A stretch of 63,236 nucleotides of DNA, filler included, from Dimorphilus gyrociliatus (GCA_904063045.1; 4 parts of 4 records of this genome joined end to end with filler, not necessarily neighbours in it); one strand, 5' to 3'. Positions 1 to 11,486 are shown, counted from the whole stretch's first letter. Numbers and translations are program-made. The notes: a model not told the origin generated them from the sequence alone.

Positions 1-684
1 CCAATCTTCTCCATTGTCGGCAATCTCTTCAGTAATTTTACCAGACACTAAATAGAATAGATTATTGTAGAGCAACTCAATTCTTGGTGATATCATTGGT
101 TTAAGAAATCTTGTCTTTTTGATGATATTTTCCCTAGTCTGCCCTCCTAAACTCCAGATTGTATCGTGTCTACTTATACCAGTTTTATGAGCAAGAAAAT
201 CTCTTAGAGTGTAATCATGATATCTATAACCAGACCAAGCTGTGAATCCTGACCATAAATCTTTAACTTTTGTATCAATACTTAAACTTAAAAAGAAAAA
301 GAGATGGATTTTGGCCTAAATTCGTTAATTTTTGTTTAATAAATCTCTTTATTCTTACTGTTTTTCCGTTAATAACTTCATTATTAATTGAGCTGTAAAA
401 CTTTTAGTTATTGAACCAATAGGAAATTTAGTATTTGGTGTTACAGGCTCATTTCTTCTTATATTAGCCATACCATAACCTTTAGTTAAAATAATACTTC
501 CATTTCGAACAACAGCTAAATTAGCTCCAACAAAATTTCTACATTTTACTAAGCCACCAACATATTCATCTATTTTTGTGACCACCTGTGCATTGGTTAG
601 TCTCCATGAAATACTTGAACTATAAATAACTGTAATAGCTGAAAAGAACAAAAACAAAATAATTTGCTTTCCTACCATTTTCAA
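1..684 (-). CDS. Secreted beta-lactamase/penicillin-binding-protein family serine hydrolase (5' part; runs off the window; intron ~292-354)
   Basis: ORF 355-684 has a hydrophobic N-terminus, GANLAVVRNG...KGYG and the SxxK motif FPIGSITKSFTA. The next exon translates to TLRDFLAHKTGISRHD...LLYNN (LLxHxxG and YxN motifs), with small frameshifts. Confidence 0.85.
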
Positions 685-839
685 ATGTCTGTTTAACCTT
701 TAGAACAAATTTGAGCGTATTTATTGCTTTAGAAAATTATCTTATCAAAATTGACGTTAATCTTAAAAGATAAACTGGAACTGTCTTATCAATATTTCTC
801 ATATGATTAGACTGATCCCCTAAAACTTTACCTTTAGAT

Positions 840-1010
840 TATCTTTTGAGTCATATAATGGCAGTTTTCCCAGAAAAATTTCTTAAAATCTGATTCTTGG
901 AAATATCTCTTAAGGTGACCCCACAAATGCTGCAATGGAAAGGCCTCAGTCTGAGGAGGCTACCTTGTCAATCGTAGCAATTCCTTCTGCTTAGTAAGTA
1001 TGCTTAATAT
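840..1010 (-). mobile_element. Decayed Tc1/mariner transposase C-terminal remnant
   Basis: Minus strand gives R*PPQTEAFPLQHLWGHLKRYF, resembling WPPQSPDLNPIEHLWGHLKR. Confidence 0.4.
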
Positions 1011-1559
1011 ATTTTTCAACGGGTAAAAGTTGCAAACTGCTATTAAAACATCACCAGCTGGTTTATTACAATTTGCAAAATTCTTTTCAAACTAAACAAA
1101 TTTTATCTTGCAATTTTTAATCTCTCTTTTATTAAATTTTTACAATGATTGGTAGCATATGTCGATTGTTTAACCATAATAAACTCAAGAGTTTTCAATG
1201 CTTCAACCATGTTTGGAACACAGGTCACATAAAACATTGGTAAATTCATTAAATTTAAATTAAAAAGTGATGAGAGAGGAGAGATGGTGAAAGAGAAAGA
1301 AAGAGAGAGGTAGTAAAATTTCAAATTTAAATAAATTTTTTGCAGCATTACCTTATTTATTAAGTAAGATTGGAATGATTTATAAATTTTGTTGTAATTT
1401 TACATTTGATTAATAAATATCATTGATACTGTCTATAAATCTTACTTGATTATTAAACTTTCATTAGATTCTATTAAGCCATCAAAAATTTATTTTAGTG
1501 TAAGTATTTATTGGAATTTGTAAACATTTAAGAAGCTGTTTCGAGGATGAGGACTCTGA

Positions 1560-1697
1560 GCAGAGATTCAGTAAGAAGGTGGGTGGCTATCTAACATCTA
1601 AGGGTTAGGGCTATTCAAAAAGGTTAGGCAAAAACAAGGGCTGGGTTAGGGTTAGGATAAAACCATACATTTATGGCCGTTTTCTACCACATCCGTG
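1560..1697 (-). repeat. MITE-like repeat with GGGTTAGGGTTAGG tract; inverted homolog of 2196-2401
   Basis: The reverse complement (GTAGAAAACGGCCATAAATGTATGGTTTTATCCTAACCCTAACCCAGCCCTTG...) aligns by eye with GACAGAAAACGTCCCCAAATGAATGGTTTAACCCTAACCCTAACCTAGCCCTTG at 2202. Confidence 0.55.
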
Positions 1698-1804
1698 AAA
1701 AACTCTCTTTAATAAAATTAGGAAATTATCATTAAAAAAAGTGTATGAATCATTCCAATTGTACTTAATAAATAGAGATTTTATCAATGACTCAAAATGT
1801 CTAA

Positions 1805-2161
1805 ATGGTATATTTAATATTAAGTTTTCTTCATAGTTCTGTTGAAATTGTTTTTGTCACATATCTTAATCACAGAGATTATTCATCAAATAAAGAATTT
1901 CTTCTATATCAAGAAATGAGAAACATTCTTCAATGTAAAGTATGCTTATGTCAACTTGCTAATATTCTTATTTTGCCATGCAGTCATGTTGTGTGTTGTC
2001 AGGAATGTCTGAGCAATCTTCCTAAACCTCAATGCCCATTATGTCGTGAATATACTCGAGGATATGTTATAACTAAAACAGATCTGCAAATGCTAAACTT
2101 GGACTTTGAAAGTAATTTATTAATGGATAAGGGTGATGGGAAATTTATTGGAAGTGAATGA
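1805..2161 (+). CDS. RING-HC (IAP/MDM-like C3HC4) zinc-finger protein or terminal exon
   Basis: CKVCLCQLANILILPCSHVVCCQECLSNLPKPQCPLCR fits the C3HC4 RING pattern. Confidence 0.75.
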   Translation: MVYLILSFLHSSVEIVFVTYLNHRDYSSNKEFLLYQEMRNILQCKVCLCQLANILILPCSHVVCCQECLSNLPKPQCPLCREYTRGYVITKTDLQMLNLDFESNLLMDKGDGKFIGSE

Positions 2162-2195
2162 AACAATTGTATCATTTATAAAGAAAAAGTACAAG

Positions 2196-2401
2196 GAATA
2201 CGACAGAAAACGTCCCCAAATGAATGGTTTAACCCTAACCCTAACCTAGCCCTTGCCACTTCCTAACCTTTATGATTACCCCTAAGCTTTAGATGGAACC
2301 CCTCTAACTATAAATTAAAAGCTACTTTACCCCTCCTAACCATTTTTAAATCCGAAATGTTACTTTCAAAAATCTCACTTGGGGACATTTTCTGTCGGCC
2401 C
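2196..2401 (+). mobile_element. MITE (~200 bp) related to the MULE TIR family of this genome
   Basis: Inverted repeats CGACAGAAAACGTCCCCAA (2201) and TTGGGGACATTTTCTGTCG (to 2397). The start GAATACGACAGAAAACG is identical to the left end of the MULE at 45444. No clear TSD. Confidence 0.65.
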
Positions 2402-2919
2402 CGTTGTCTTTCATGAACTTGATATAATAAGCAAATCCAGTAAAGAGTAGAATATCCTTTCCTTTCTAACTTCCTCCAGTTGTAATTTCAATTTTTTGTG
2501 ATATCAGAGCAAATATTACATTTGAAAACAAATACATCTATTGTGAAAATATAATTATTCTAACAGAATTAATTCATAAATTTGATATAAAAATTGGGCT
2601 ATCAGAATTAATGGTGTCCGGATTTTTTAGTCAATTACTTAATGTTTATATTCCTTATAGAAAAGTAAATGATTAAATGATAAAAGATAAGAGTAGTTTA
2701 TCAGAAATGTTGTAGTTTTTTTTAAAGATAATAAGAAACAAAATTAGATAATAGTGTTCACACCAATTAAAATTTAATTATTCAATACGTGACTTTTATA
2801 AACTCTGTCAGGAATTTGCCCTGACACAATTTCTAGTTTAAATAAAAATGTAATTCTAGCGAAATTGTTGAAAATTTATCACGTGACTTTGCTAAATACA
2901 TTACAATAACTACTTTTGT

Positions 2920-3403
2920 ATTATATATTGCAGTATTACTGTTTGGTATAGCCGTTTCAGATTTGGTTAGATTGATTGATGTAATGCATTTGGAGGATGT
3001 TTAATTCCAGCTTTTTATACTTATAATAATTAATAGTAAAATTGTAATTACATTGGTAAAAGTTAATAATCAAAGAGCCCAATTAAATGAACTCAAAGTT
3101 GAAATGACATCTGATAAAAAGTTTAATCAAATGACTATAACTTTACTTTTTTTTATCTCTATTTACTATATAATATCTTCATCACCTTGGCACATTACTA
3201 ACGTGATTTACTACTTTAATGACACATTTGTATCTTTAAGATATAATGATATAAAAGCTGTAAGATATTCGAGATTACTTGGTCCGCTAATGCTCAGTAA
3301 AGTTTTGTATGGGTGCCATCAAGCTACTAAATTTATTAAAAATTGTAACTGTATTGAAAAAATCTCCTCTTCTGAAACATTCTTTATCACTTTTGCTTAT
3401 TAA
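2920..3403 (+). pseudogene. Rhodopsin-family GPCR fragment
   Basis: IAVLLFGIAVSDL (TM2-like), then LIIINSKIVITLVKVNNQRAQL...MTITLLFFISIYYIISSSPW (TM5-ICL3-TM6-like); stops and missing segments. Confidence 0.5.
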
Positions 3404-3457
3404 TGAAAAGAGAAACAAAAATGACCTATTTTTAGGACATTTTACAATCCAATTATT

Positions 3458-5800
3458 TCAAAATATACCTACAGATGTAATGATTTTTTCCAATACATTT
3501 TGATATATTATAATATCATAGTGCAATTTGTTGCATTGATAAAGAAATTGATATTGTGAGTTCCATTCATTGTCTATGATTTTTATATAATTACAAAAAG
3601 ATATCCATAAATTTGTTCCATTTTTTGGAGTAAGAATTGAAATGTGCTCATCAATATTTCTGCCTTTAATTAAAACATAAAAAAAGAATGGATTCAAGCT
3701 ATTTGTTGCCTGTTTCCCTGGATAGATCAGCTTATTAAAGTTTTTAATACAAGAAGATGCAACTGCAAATATCAAAACAAATGAATATTTGAAAACATTT
3801 TTTTTTATTATCTTACAAACCTTTATGACTTATTTTTGAAACTGCAAAAATATCAACTTCACTGATTCCTATATTGTCTTGTGAGATTAGTTGTATTTCC
3901 TTTGTCAGCATAAATTCAAATTCCAAACATACAGTATGAGAAAATAAGAAATTTCCAGATGTTACTTTTTCACTAACATTGTTATGTAGGTAATTTTTTA
4001 CTTTTACTAAAATTCCAGATTTATAGGTTGGACCATTGAATGCTAAAAGAAAAGAGAAATTGCAGTTTTTACTCGAATTTGATAAAAATGGTAAAAAAAA
4101 AAGGGATTCGAACCTGTTATACAAATATAATTTAAGTGGATAAGCCTAGTTGTTAATACAACTTTGTTATTTATAGCTAAGCTTATCTTTCCAGTTGAAT
4201 CAGAAAGATAGTAGATACCATCTTTTAATAATATGAAATTACTATTAGACAATGCAACATCGTCAAGTTTTGCATCAGTGATATACGAGTTGAAATTTTG
4301 TCCATTTCCTTTCATTAATCAATATGTTTCTCAGTGTTAGATTTTTTTTTAAATTACATCTATTTACTCACTTTGTAGCTCATGTTCATCGAGTAGAGAT
4401 ACATAGAGGTTTACTTCACTAAACTCTAAAAATCTATCTCTGGGAGGTGAATCATTCTGAATAATAAGTACATATCTTCCTTCAAGTGTGGGATTGCATT
4501 GAATATTGATTAATTCATAAACTGTTCTAAATGTTCCATTAAAATTTTGAACACAAAATTGATGATTTGGATTATAAACTGATTCAGGTATTTGATTTAT
4601 CGATATATAAACATTTTTGAATCTCTTTAAAGTAACTAAGGAATAAAAATGAAAGGAGAGAAAAAGAAATGAATCTATTGAACAGTATAAAATACGAACG
4701 ATCATTGTGCAACGAGACAAAAATGATCCGATGAAATCTCTTTGTAGTTATAGTATCAATTAGGTAAAATGGATAGTGATATTCACCCATTATATGATTT
4801 CTAGAGTGAAAGATGGTTCTAAAATTATTATCAAAACCTCCTCTTGGTGGTTGATTTTCACCAATTCCTCCATGTATTTCTTTCACATTTGACATATCTA
4901 GCTGATGAAAATCTTTATGGTAAAAATTTGTATTAGTATTTCTTGTCTAGACAAAGTTTAAAGAACTTTTTTTTTTGTTTCACCTCTATCCTTTTTAATT
5001 AGATCTCCATAAATTTCAACATCACACAAAATCAACACTACATTGTTTCTTGTTAGTTGTATAGTAACAAAGGAACCAATTGATCCTGTATTACAGCTAT
5101 AACAATTGTATTGCGAAATGTCTGTTGAAATTGGTCTTTTAACCGGACCAGTTACATATTTACAAATGGTTTGATGGTCTTTTGGGAAATTTCCAACAAA
5201 AATATTAAAATCTTTCAAATTTTCATCTGAATTAAATAGAATATGTGAATGTTTTTTTCAAATATTTTTTTAAAAGTCAATTATAAACGTACAAGAAGAA
5301 TCATCTACACTTAAAATGCAGACTTTCGTAACGGAATAAACCTTTTCAAGATCAACAGACCACCAAGATACATCTAAAGGGTCTGCATCCGTAACTGAGC
5401 AGTAATCCGTCTGTAAACAAATGAAAAAGTGCAAAGACAATTACTCTACTTTAGGAGATGTTTTTCAAGTGTAAATGTGAAAGGAGTGTATAGAATTTTC
5501 ATTTGATCTTGAATATCTCTTAGAGATACAAGAGAGATTGTCGACTCTAATTGCGAGCCTTAAGAATATTTGTCTTTGACACTCAACATAGCAAACAAGC
5601 TTTATTTTGTTCACATTTTATCAGGGAAATACTTTTAGTTTAACTTACGCCATCACCAATAACAATACCATTGTTAAAGTTAGTTGCAAAATGGGGTTTC
5701 TTTGGTACAGTTTCGCGTCTAGTTGAGCTCTGAAAACAAAATTTTCCACTTGCCAAATTTGTTGTTGATGATATTTGTATTTTAATGTTGAAACCTGAAA
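3458..5800 (-). CDS. Multi-exon F-type lectin (fucolectin / F5-8 type C-like) domain protein with an additional beta-rich C-terminal region
   Basis: Exons translate to CSVTDADPLDVSWWSVDLEKVYSVTKVCI, CNTGSIGSFVTIQLTRNNVVLILCDVEIYG, GFDNNFRTIFHS...PFYLID, and CNPTLEGRYVLIIQ...FLEFSEVNLY, giving at least two FTP-type repeats. Exon boundaries are approximate. Confidence 0.7.
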
Positions 5801-6982
5801 ATCCAAATAGCTTAGAGGTTTTTTAAAAAAAATTTTTCTCTAAAATCAAGAAATACAAACAAAGAAAAAGTAAAAGAATTGTGTAGATTTCCATAGTCCT
5901 TATGGTATTTTTGTGCGATTTAATTAGGCCTTTCACCTTTTGTACAGTTTTTATGTTAAAAGAAATTCTAATGGAATTTATTTTTCATAAGCTTTATCAT
6001 TAATAAAAGCAGTTAATCAATTGTAATATTAATTAAGACAAAAGAAAACGTCTATATCTAGACACAATATGATCAAATAAATTCATTGCAATTTTAAATT
6101 CTGGTAAATAACTGCATGCGACTTTTTCACAATAGCAATAGTCATTTTTAATATCATTTTCCATTGATTTTTCCTTAATGGCGCGAGAGTGGAGACATCT
6201 AACGGCGAGGAGATATACTTTATTGTTACATGTATCTTAACAGATCTCTGTAGCGCCATCTTAAAACGGACTGATAAAGTCTCCTGTCAGCGAGTCTGGC
6301 AAGTTGGGCATCTGAAATATCGTTTTCTTCTGGTTGTTAGCTAGACAGATTTTTATCTTTTCAAAACATTCTTTATGCCTATTATAGGGTATATGGAATG
6401 TTCGCATTCGGCCAGTTTCATCCAGATTACTTTGAGAGATGTATGATTGTATCCCTAATTCTTAATATTTCAAGTTTTTCCAATCGGCCATATTGTTTCA
6501 ATGAGTTGTTTGTTTGTCTACTAATTTACATATTAAAATGGCGACGACTAATTGAAAAATATTTTTTCAATAATTAATATATTTTCAACAATTTGAGCTG
6601 AAGCGTGTTGTTTATAAAAGCCTATTGTTTTCTTTGTACTATTCAATACCATCTTTGTACTATTGCAGTTATTTCAAGAGTTTGGCGGATTATCATGAAA
6701 CATGTAATATATTTCCATGGTGAATTCTCTTTAGAAAACTTTACATTTCAGACGAGTTTTTAATTAAAAGAATGTTTTATTGAAAGAGAACAAAAAGACG
6801 AACAATCACCACATTTCATATTTCTTTTTCTATAGAATTTAGCTATAGAATTTAAACTTTCAATTGAAAACGCCTTCATATACTTGGTTCAATTACCGAA
6901 ACTTTTTATGCTACATTTTCATTTTTGTTGTTGAATAAATATCTCTGATTAGTCAAAATTAAAATTGAAATTGTATTCCTTC

Positions 6983-7004
6983 TCTCTCTCTCTCTCTCTC
7001 TCTC
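6983..7004. repeat. (CT)n microsatellite
   Basis: Direct sequence. Confidence 0.9.
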
Positions 7005-7045
7005 TTTTACTCTGGTGAGTGCAGTGGAGACATTAGAATTCATCA

Positions 7046-7525
7046 ATGCATCAGTCGTCCATCTTGTTATTTTCGATACTGTTGGTATCCTTCCAACCAG
7101 CTTCCTCACGTTTGTCTATACTATGCAATTCAATTATTGAAAAAATCGAAGCGGATCCATTCGATTCTAAACAAGTAAAGTACTCTATCGAAGCGCAGGA
7201 TGAGACTGAGTACTTTATATATGGTGTATTGAAAGTGAAAGTACATAGTTTAAACAAAACGTTTCTGTTGGATGTAAAATCTAGCATCATATCTTCGGAG
7301 TATAAAGATATTTGTAGTCTAATGGGTTACGATAATCTTCATTTCTGGGCTGAGAGATGTCATTCAGGAAGGGAAAGTACGAATATCGTCAATTTCATCT
7401 CCCAACACTCGAGTTTATCAATAGCGTTTTTATTTGTATTTTTACAGGAAGAACAGAACTATTTTTACATTTTGATAGAAATAAAAAGAAAGTGTTTCTG
7501 TTGGTTTAGCAATTTAATAGAATAG
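7046..7525 (+). CDS. Hypothetical secreted protein
   Basis: 159-aa ORF with signal-peptide-like MHQSSILLFSILLVSFQPASS; no recognisable domain; the 3' end probably runs into an intron. Confidence 0.4.
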   Translation: MHQSSILLFSILLVSFQPASSRLSILCNSIIEKIEADPFDSKQVKYSIEAQDETEYFIYGVLKVKVHSLNKTFLLDVKSSIISSEYKDICSLMGYDNLHFWAERCHSGRESTNIVNFISQHSSLSIAFLFVFLQEEQNYFYILIEIKRKCFCWFSNLIE

Positions 7526-7733
7526 ACTGGTTAAATTGATTTGAATTTTGCTTTATTATAGATTTAAACACATTCGCCCACAACATAAAACACCAACAGA
7601 ATTTTGTATGAAATGTTACAAATCAAATAAGCCACGTAAGTTAGAAATTATCGGAGAAGGAATTCGTATAAAATGAAAAATTTTCAAAATTCCAGATGTA
7701 TTTGGAATTATTAAAAAGATAAGAGCAAAAATT

Positions 7734-8325
7734 ATGGATTTCGATCATCATTCGCACTATTATTCAAATATCTATGTCAGACACAAAAATAAAACGTACA
7801 GATTTGAGAGAGTTAAGAGAAAGTACAAAAAAGACGTTTGTTTTGAATCTCTCTTTCAGATTTATATAAATAGACGCCATATAAAATTTGAATGGGACAA
7901 ATCGTATAAAGTGAAAAAAAGGTCGAATGGAAAATTTAAATATACTGCAGATGATGATGATGAGGGTGATGACGTCAGTTGTCATAATATGTACTTCAGA
8001 GCAGACATCTTCAGGCAATCGCCAATTTTTCCTCCTCCTTCGCATTATCAATACGAAACACCGGAAGGTGTTGTTAACATTCCTCTGATATATACAGAAA
8101 GCTACGGAACCGTTCCTATGTTGCTCAACTTTGGTTAGTCCATTAAAAAATCTATTTATAGATTTAGCTTCAAATCTATATGTCTTTCACAAATTAGAAT
8201 ATATCGCTTTGGGAACATTTCCAGTTGATTTATGCGAAAAGGCCAATAGAACCTACTATCCAGGATTGAAAAAGTTTGTTGTTAAACCCTTTGAAAAGGA
8301 GGTAAAAATGAAAATCCGTTTCTAA
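7734..8325 (+). CDS. Hypothetical protein (two overlapping ORFs, frameshift or intron)
   Basis: 134-aa plus 64-aa ORFs with protein-like composition in AT-rich DNA; may continue the gene at 7046. Confidence 0.35.
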
Positions 8326-8516
8326 GACAACAGGTATAGAAGAGATTACTTATTTGTTTGTTTTTTTTTCCAGTATTGGAAATGCCGTCCTTTGTTTAAT
8401 TATCATTTAGTTGACAAAAAAAAACCAGTTATTTACCGCTGCGACTACAGCAAAATGAGACTGGTAGAATGTTTTATTGTTGCTGTAGAGACTTTAAGAG
8501 TTAGTGGAGAATTTGT

Positions 8517-8996
8517 GTGCGAAGACAGAAAAGGTCATCACTTTCAAGGTATTTTTTTATTTTTATAGTCATTCCTACAGAATTTCTATTAAGACTATGC
8601 GTGTCTGTAGACGGGGATCTAGCTCTATTCAACGGTGAAAATATGTACTACGCTCCGCCCCACAGTCATCTAAATGGGAACAACTACCTAGAGTTTGTAG
8701 GAAATGCTCATATATTCTCAAATAATGTTTGGTATCAAATTTGCCCCAATTATTTTAATCATAAAAATACGAAATTCATATGCCAAAGACTAGGATTTAA
8801 TTCGGGTGTTGGGGTTAAAGGTCAAAGGAGTATCTCGGAAAAGATATCGTTTACGGAAACGACGAGTGCCTGTAAGAATGCGAATGAAACGCAGTTGCCT
8901 ATTTGCCTTGAAACGTGTCCTTCTATTCGGTACAATCTGGAAATTCCTCAGGCTATTGCCTATTATAATAGTCTAAAGTATGATGGATTAATATGA
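8517..8996 (+). CDS. SRCR (scavenger receptor cysteine-rich)-like domain protein
   Basis: GNAHIFSNNVWYQICPNYFNHKNTKFICQRLGF matches SRCR GxVEVxxxGxWGxVCxxxWxxxxAxVVCRQLG; preceded by a hydrophobic segment. Confidence 0.6.
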   Translation: MRRQKRSSLSRYFFIFIVIPTEFLLRLCVSVDGDLALFNGENMYYAPPHSHLNGNNYLEFVGNAHIFSNNVWYQICPNYFNHKNTKFICQRLGFNSGVGVKGQRSISEKISFTETTSACKNANETQLPICLETCPSIRYNLEIPQAIAYYNSLKYDGLI

Positions 8997-9102
8997 AAAT
9001 GACCTTGTATGTTGTGATTAAATAGCAGAAAATAGTAGATTTTTGTTGACATTGACATAAAAAGAGATTAAATTAGTACTTTTGCTTTCCTCTCTTTGCC
9101 TT

Positions 9103-9105
<3 letters not shown>

Positions 9106-9134
<29 letters not shown>
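9106..9134. repeat. (CT)n microsatellite
   Basis: Direct sequence. Confidence 0.9.
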
Positions 9135-9138
<4 letters not shown>

Positions 9139-9349
9139 AATAGATGTTTTCTTACAAGTAGAGCTGGACTTTTCATTCAAAGAGTATACAGCTACATCTC
9201 CTTCAAACTAGACAATAGATTATTTAGGTGTTAGGGTTAGGGTTAGAAAGGTCCAACTCTGTTTAGAGAATATAAAATACCATTAATCCATATTGTTTAC
9301 AGACCAGGCATGTATCATTTATCCAACACTATGAAATCAATTATTAAGT

Positions 9350-9449
9350 NNNNNNNNNNNNNNNNNNNNNNNNNNNNNNNNNNNNNNNNNNNNTTAATTA
9401 ATTAANNNNNNNNNNNNNNNNNNNNNNNNNNNNNNNNNNNNNNNNNNNN
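9350..9449. other. Artificial scaffold-joining spacer (44N-TTAATTAATTAA-44N)
   Basis: Exactly 100 bp with an all-frame-stop 12-mer; repeated identically at 28231 and 55426. Confidence 0.97.
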
Positions 9450-9509
9450 TTTTCTTAATTAAAAAATTACTTAAATATAAAAAAATTAGAAACATTTTTT
9501 TTAACCAAG

Positions 9510-9996
9510 ATGAACAAAAACAATAGGATAGAAAATAGTAATAACATTAATAATATATCAATAGATGAAGAAAACAGCTCAATAGAAAATAATAATAATA
9601 AAAAAGAATATAAAAACTCAAAAATAGAAAAAAAAAGGAAGTTAAAAAATTTATAAAAAGTAAAGAAGATAAGAAAAGTAGAGAAAATGAAAAAAAGAGG
9701 TATAACCAAAGAAAGGCTATTCAAGATTTCTTAATTTCAGAAAATGGATTTAATTTAATTATAGATCAATCAAAAATAGCATCTGATAATTTAATAAAAG
9801 ATATTAAAAACAAATCTACTAATAAAAGTGATATACTAAATGACATAGACAAATTATTAGTTTCTACTCAGATTTTCTATTACAAATTCCTATAAAAAAG
9901 GTATATGAATCTGATTTATATGAAATAAGTAAAACAATAGAAAAAGTATGTGAAAGAAAAGAAGTTGTAGATAAATTCAAGTTTATATTTTATTAA
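9510..9996 (+). CDS. Possible Swi3/Csm3/TIPIN-like replication-fork protection protein (frameshifted in homopolymers), microsporidian
   Basis: Joined frames read FLISENGFNLII...DIDKLLVSTQIFYYKFPIKKVYESDLYEISKTIEKVCERKEV, similar in spacing to the Swi3 domain (LLSExG..L...DL..LL..YQ.W...FP.....D....IEK.G.K..V). By-eye match only. Confidence 0.4.
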
Positions 9997-10034
9997 AAAA
10001 TGTCTTGTTTAGTTTTTTTCAACTATTTTTAATT

Positions 10035-10205
10035 TTTAAAAAGTCAAACTTAAAATAAATTTAAATCTTTATAAATTTTTTTAAAAAATCAAACTAAAAT
10101 AAATTTTAGTTTTTATAAACTTTTTTAAAGTCAAATTCAAACTAATTCGTATTTTTATAAATTTTTTAAAAAGTCAAATTTATAGAATTTTGTATTAAAA
10201 AATCA
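10035..10205. repeat. Degenerate ~43-bp AT-rich tandem repeat (~4 copies)
   Basis: AA(G)TCAAA recurs near 10041, 10086, 10128 and 10171, each followed by ...TTTTATAAA.TTTTTT-like sequence. Confidence 0.55.
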
Positions 10206-10246
10206 AGTTTTTTTTTTCTTTAAAATCAAATTAAAAAAAATTTTTA

Positions 10247-11323
10247 ATGTTTATCTTAGGATTGGGTTTAATTAAGTCTACAAATAAATTAAATACTAAA
10301 GAACTACCTACTGATTTAATAAATATAGAACCAAGTAAATTTATAGAAAATAATATAAACTTTCAAAATTTAATAAAAGATTACGAAATTTCAGATTATT
10401 TAAGTATAGAACCTACTAATAGAGATAAATATTTCAATATTGATAATTATATAAGTGATATTAATAAAATTGATAGTAGTTTATATGTTAATCAATTAAA
10501 TATCAAATTTAATAAAAATGATATAAATAATGAACATTTAATACATTCTAATACAACTACTAATAATAGTAATAATAATTTCTTTTATCCGTTTGTATTC
10601 CCAGAAGAGTATATAAAAACAATATTAACATATGAATTAGAAAATAACATAAAAATAAAAAAAATTATAAACAAAGAAGAATTCATTAGAAGAATAGAAA
10701 AAGAATATGAAATTAGAAATAGATCAAATCTTTTAGAATCTTTTATTTTTAACTTTTTTTGTCACCTACCAAAGCTAAAGAATAATACTTATAACAATGA
10801 ATACAATACTTATAATACTAGTATTTCTAATATTTCTAGTATTTCTAATAATGAATATAATATTTGTATCACATGTAAAAATAAATTGAAGTTATTTTAT
10901 AAAAGACTAAAAATGAATTTATTTTATTTAAAAAATCAAAATAGTTTTGTATTTTTATGTTTAAACAAAGATTTAAAATATTCTAATTATTCGTTGAATT
11001 TAAAAAATAATAAAATAAATTTACTTAAGAATCGTATTTTAACCTATGATAAAAATAATAGAATAAAGGTGTTTTATGGATTAGATTGTATTTTTAGAAA
11101 TAAAAGTAAAAAAATTAATGTTATTAAAAATTTAGATAATAAATGGAATAAATTAATTAATAGCTCTACTAAAGATATACTAAACTATACTAATCAATAT
11201 AATAATATTGAAAATTTATTATTGATATTAAATTTTATTATAAAAGATATCTCTTATACTAAATTTAGCAATAGAAATAATTATTTTTATGAAGTTTCTA
11301 TAATAGAAGAATTTCTATTATAG
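10247..11323 (+). CDS. Hypothetical Asn/Ile-rich protein, intronless (microsporidian scaffold)
   Basis: 358-aa ORF in extremely AT-rich DNA where long ORFs are unlikely by chance; true start uncertain. Confidence 0.5.
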   Translation: MFILGLGLIKSTNKLNTKELPTDLINIEPSKFIENNINFQNLIKDYEISDYLSIEPTNRDKYFNIDNYISDINKIDSSLYVNQLNIKFNKNDINNEHLIHSNTTTNNSNNNFFYPFVFPEEYIKTILTYELENNIKIKKIINKEEFIRRIEKEYEIRNRSNLLESFIFNFFCHLPKLKNNTYNNEYNTYNTSISNISSISNNEYNICITCKNKLKLFYKRLKMNLFYLKNQNSFVFLCLNKDLKYSNYSLNLKNNKINLLKNRILTYDKNNRIKVFYGLDCIFRNKSKKINVIKNLDNKWNKLINSSTKDILNYTNQYNNIENLLLILNFIIKDISYTKFSNRNNYFYEVSIIEEFLL

Positions 11324-11454
11324 AAACTTCATAAAAATGCAAAATTTGAAAAAGAAAAAAGTTGACAGTTTTTATTCTGAATATAATTTTGAGATTTTAT
11401 TCAAATTAGAATTTAATACAGATTTTACTAATTCTGAAGTTATGGAAATAATTA

Positions 11455-11486
11455 NNNNNNNNNNNNNNNNNNNNNNNNNNNNNNNN
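11455..11486. other. Assembly gap (32 N)
   Basis: N run. Confidence 0.99.

Noticed and set aside
355-684. Bacterial contaminant resistance gene
   Set aside because: It is interrupted by a spliceosomal-type intron and sits among metazoan genes and TEs.
1601-1660. Telomere or telomere-addition site (also 2230, 9232, 30369)
   Set aside because: Only 2-3 TTAGGG units, internal and embedded in dispersed repeats.
9394-9405. TTAATTAATTAA as a biological site (piggyBac TSD or PacI-like motif)
   Set aside because: It is centred in identical 44N flanks three times, so it is an artificial linker. The natural (TAAT)n runs near 37235 and 49683 are intronic low-complexity sequence.
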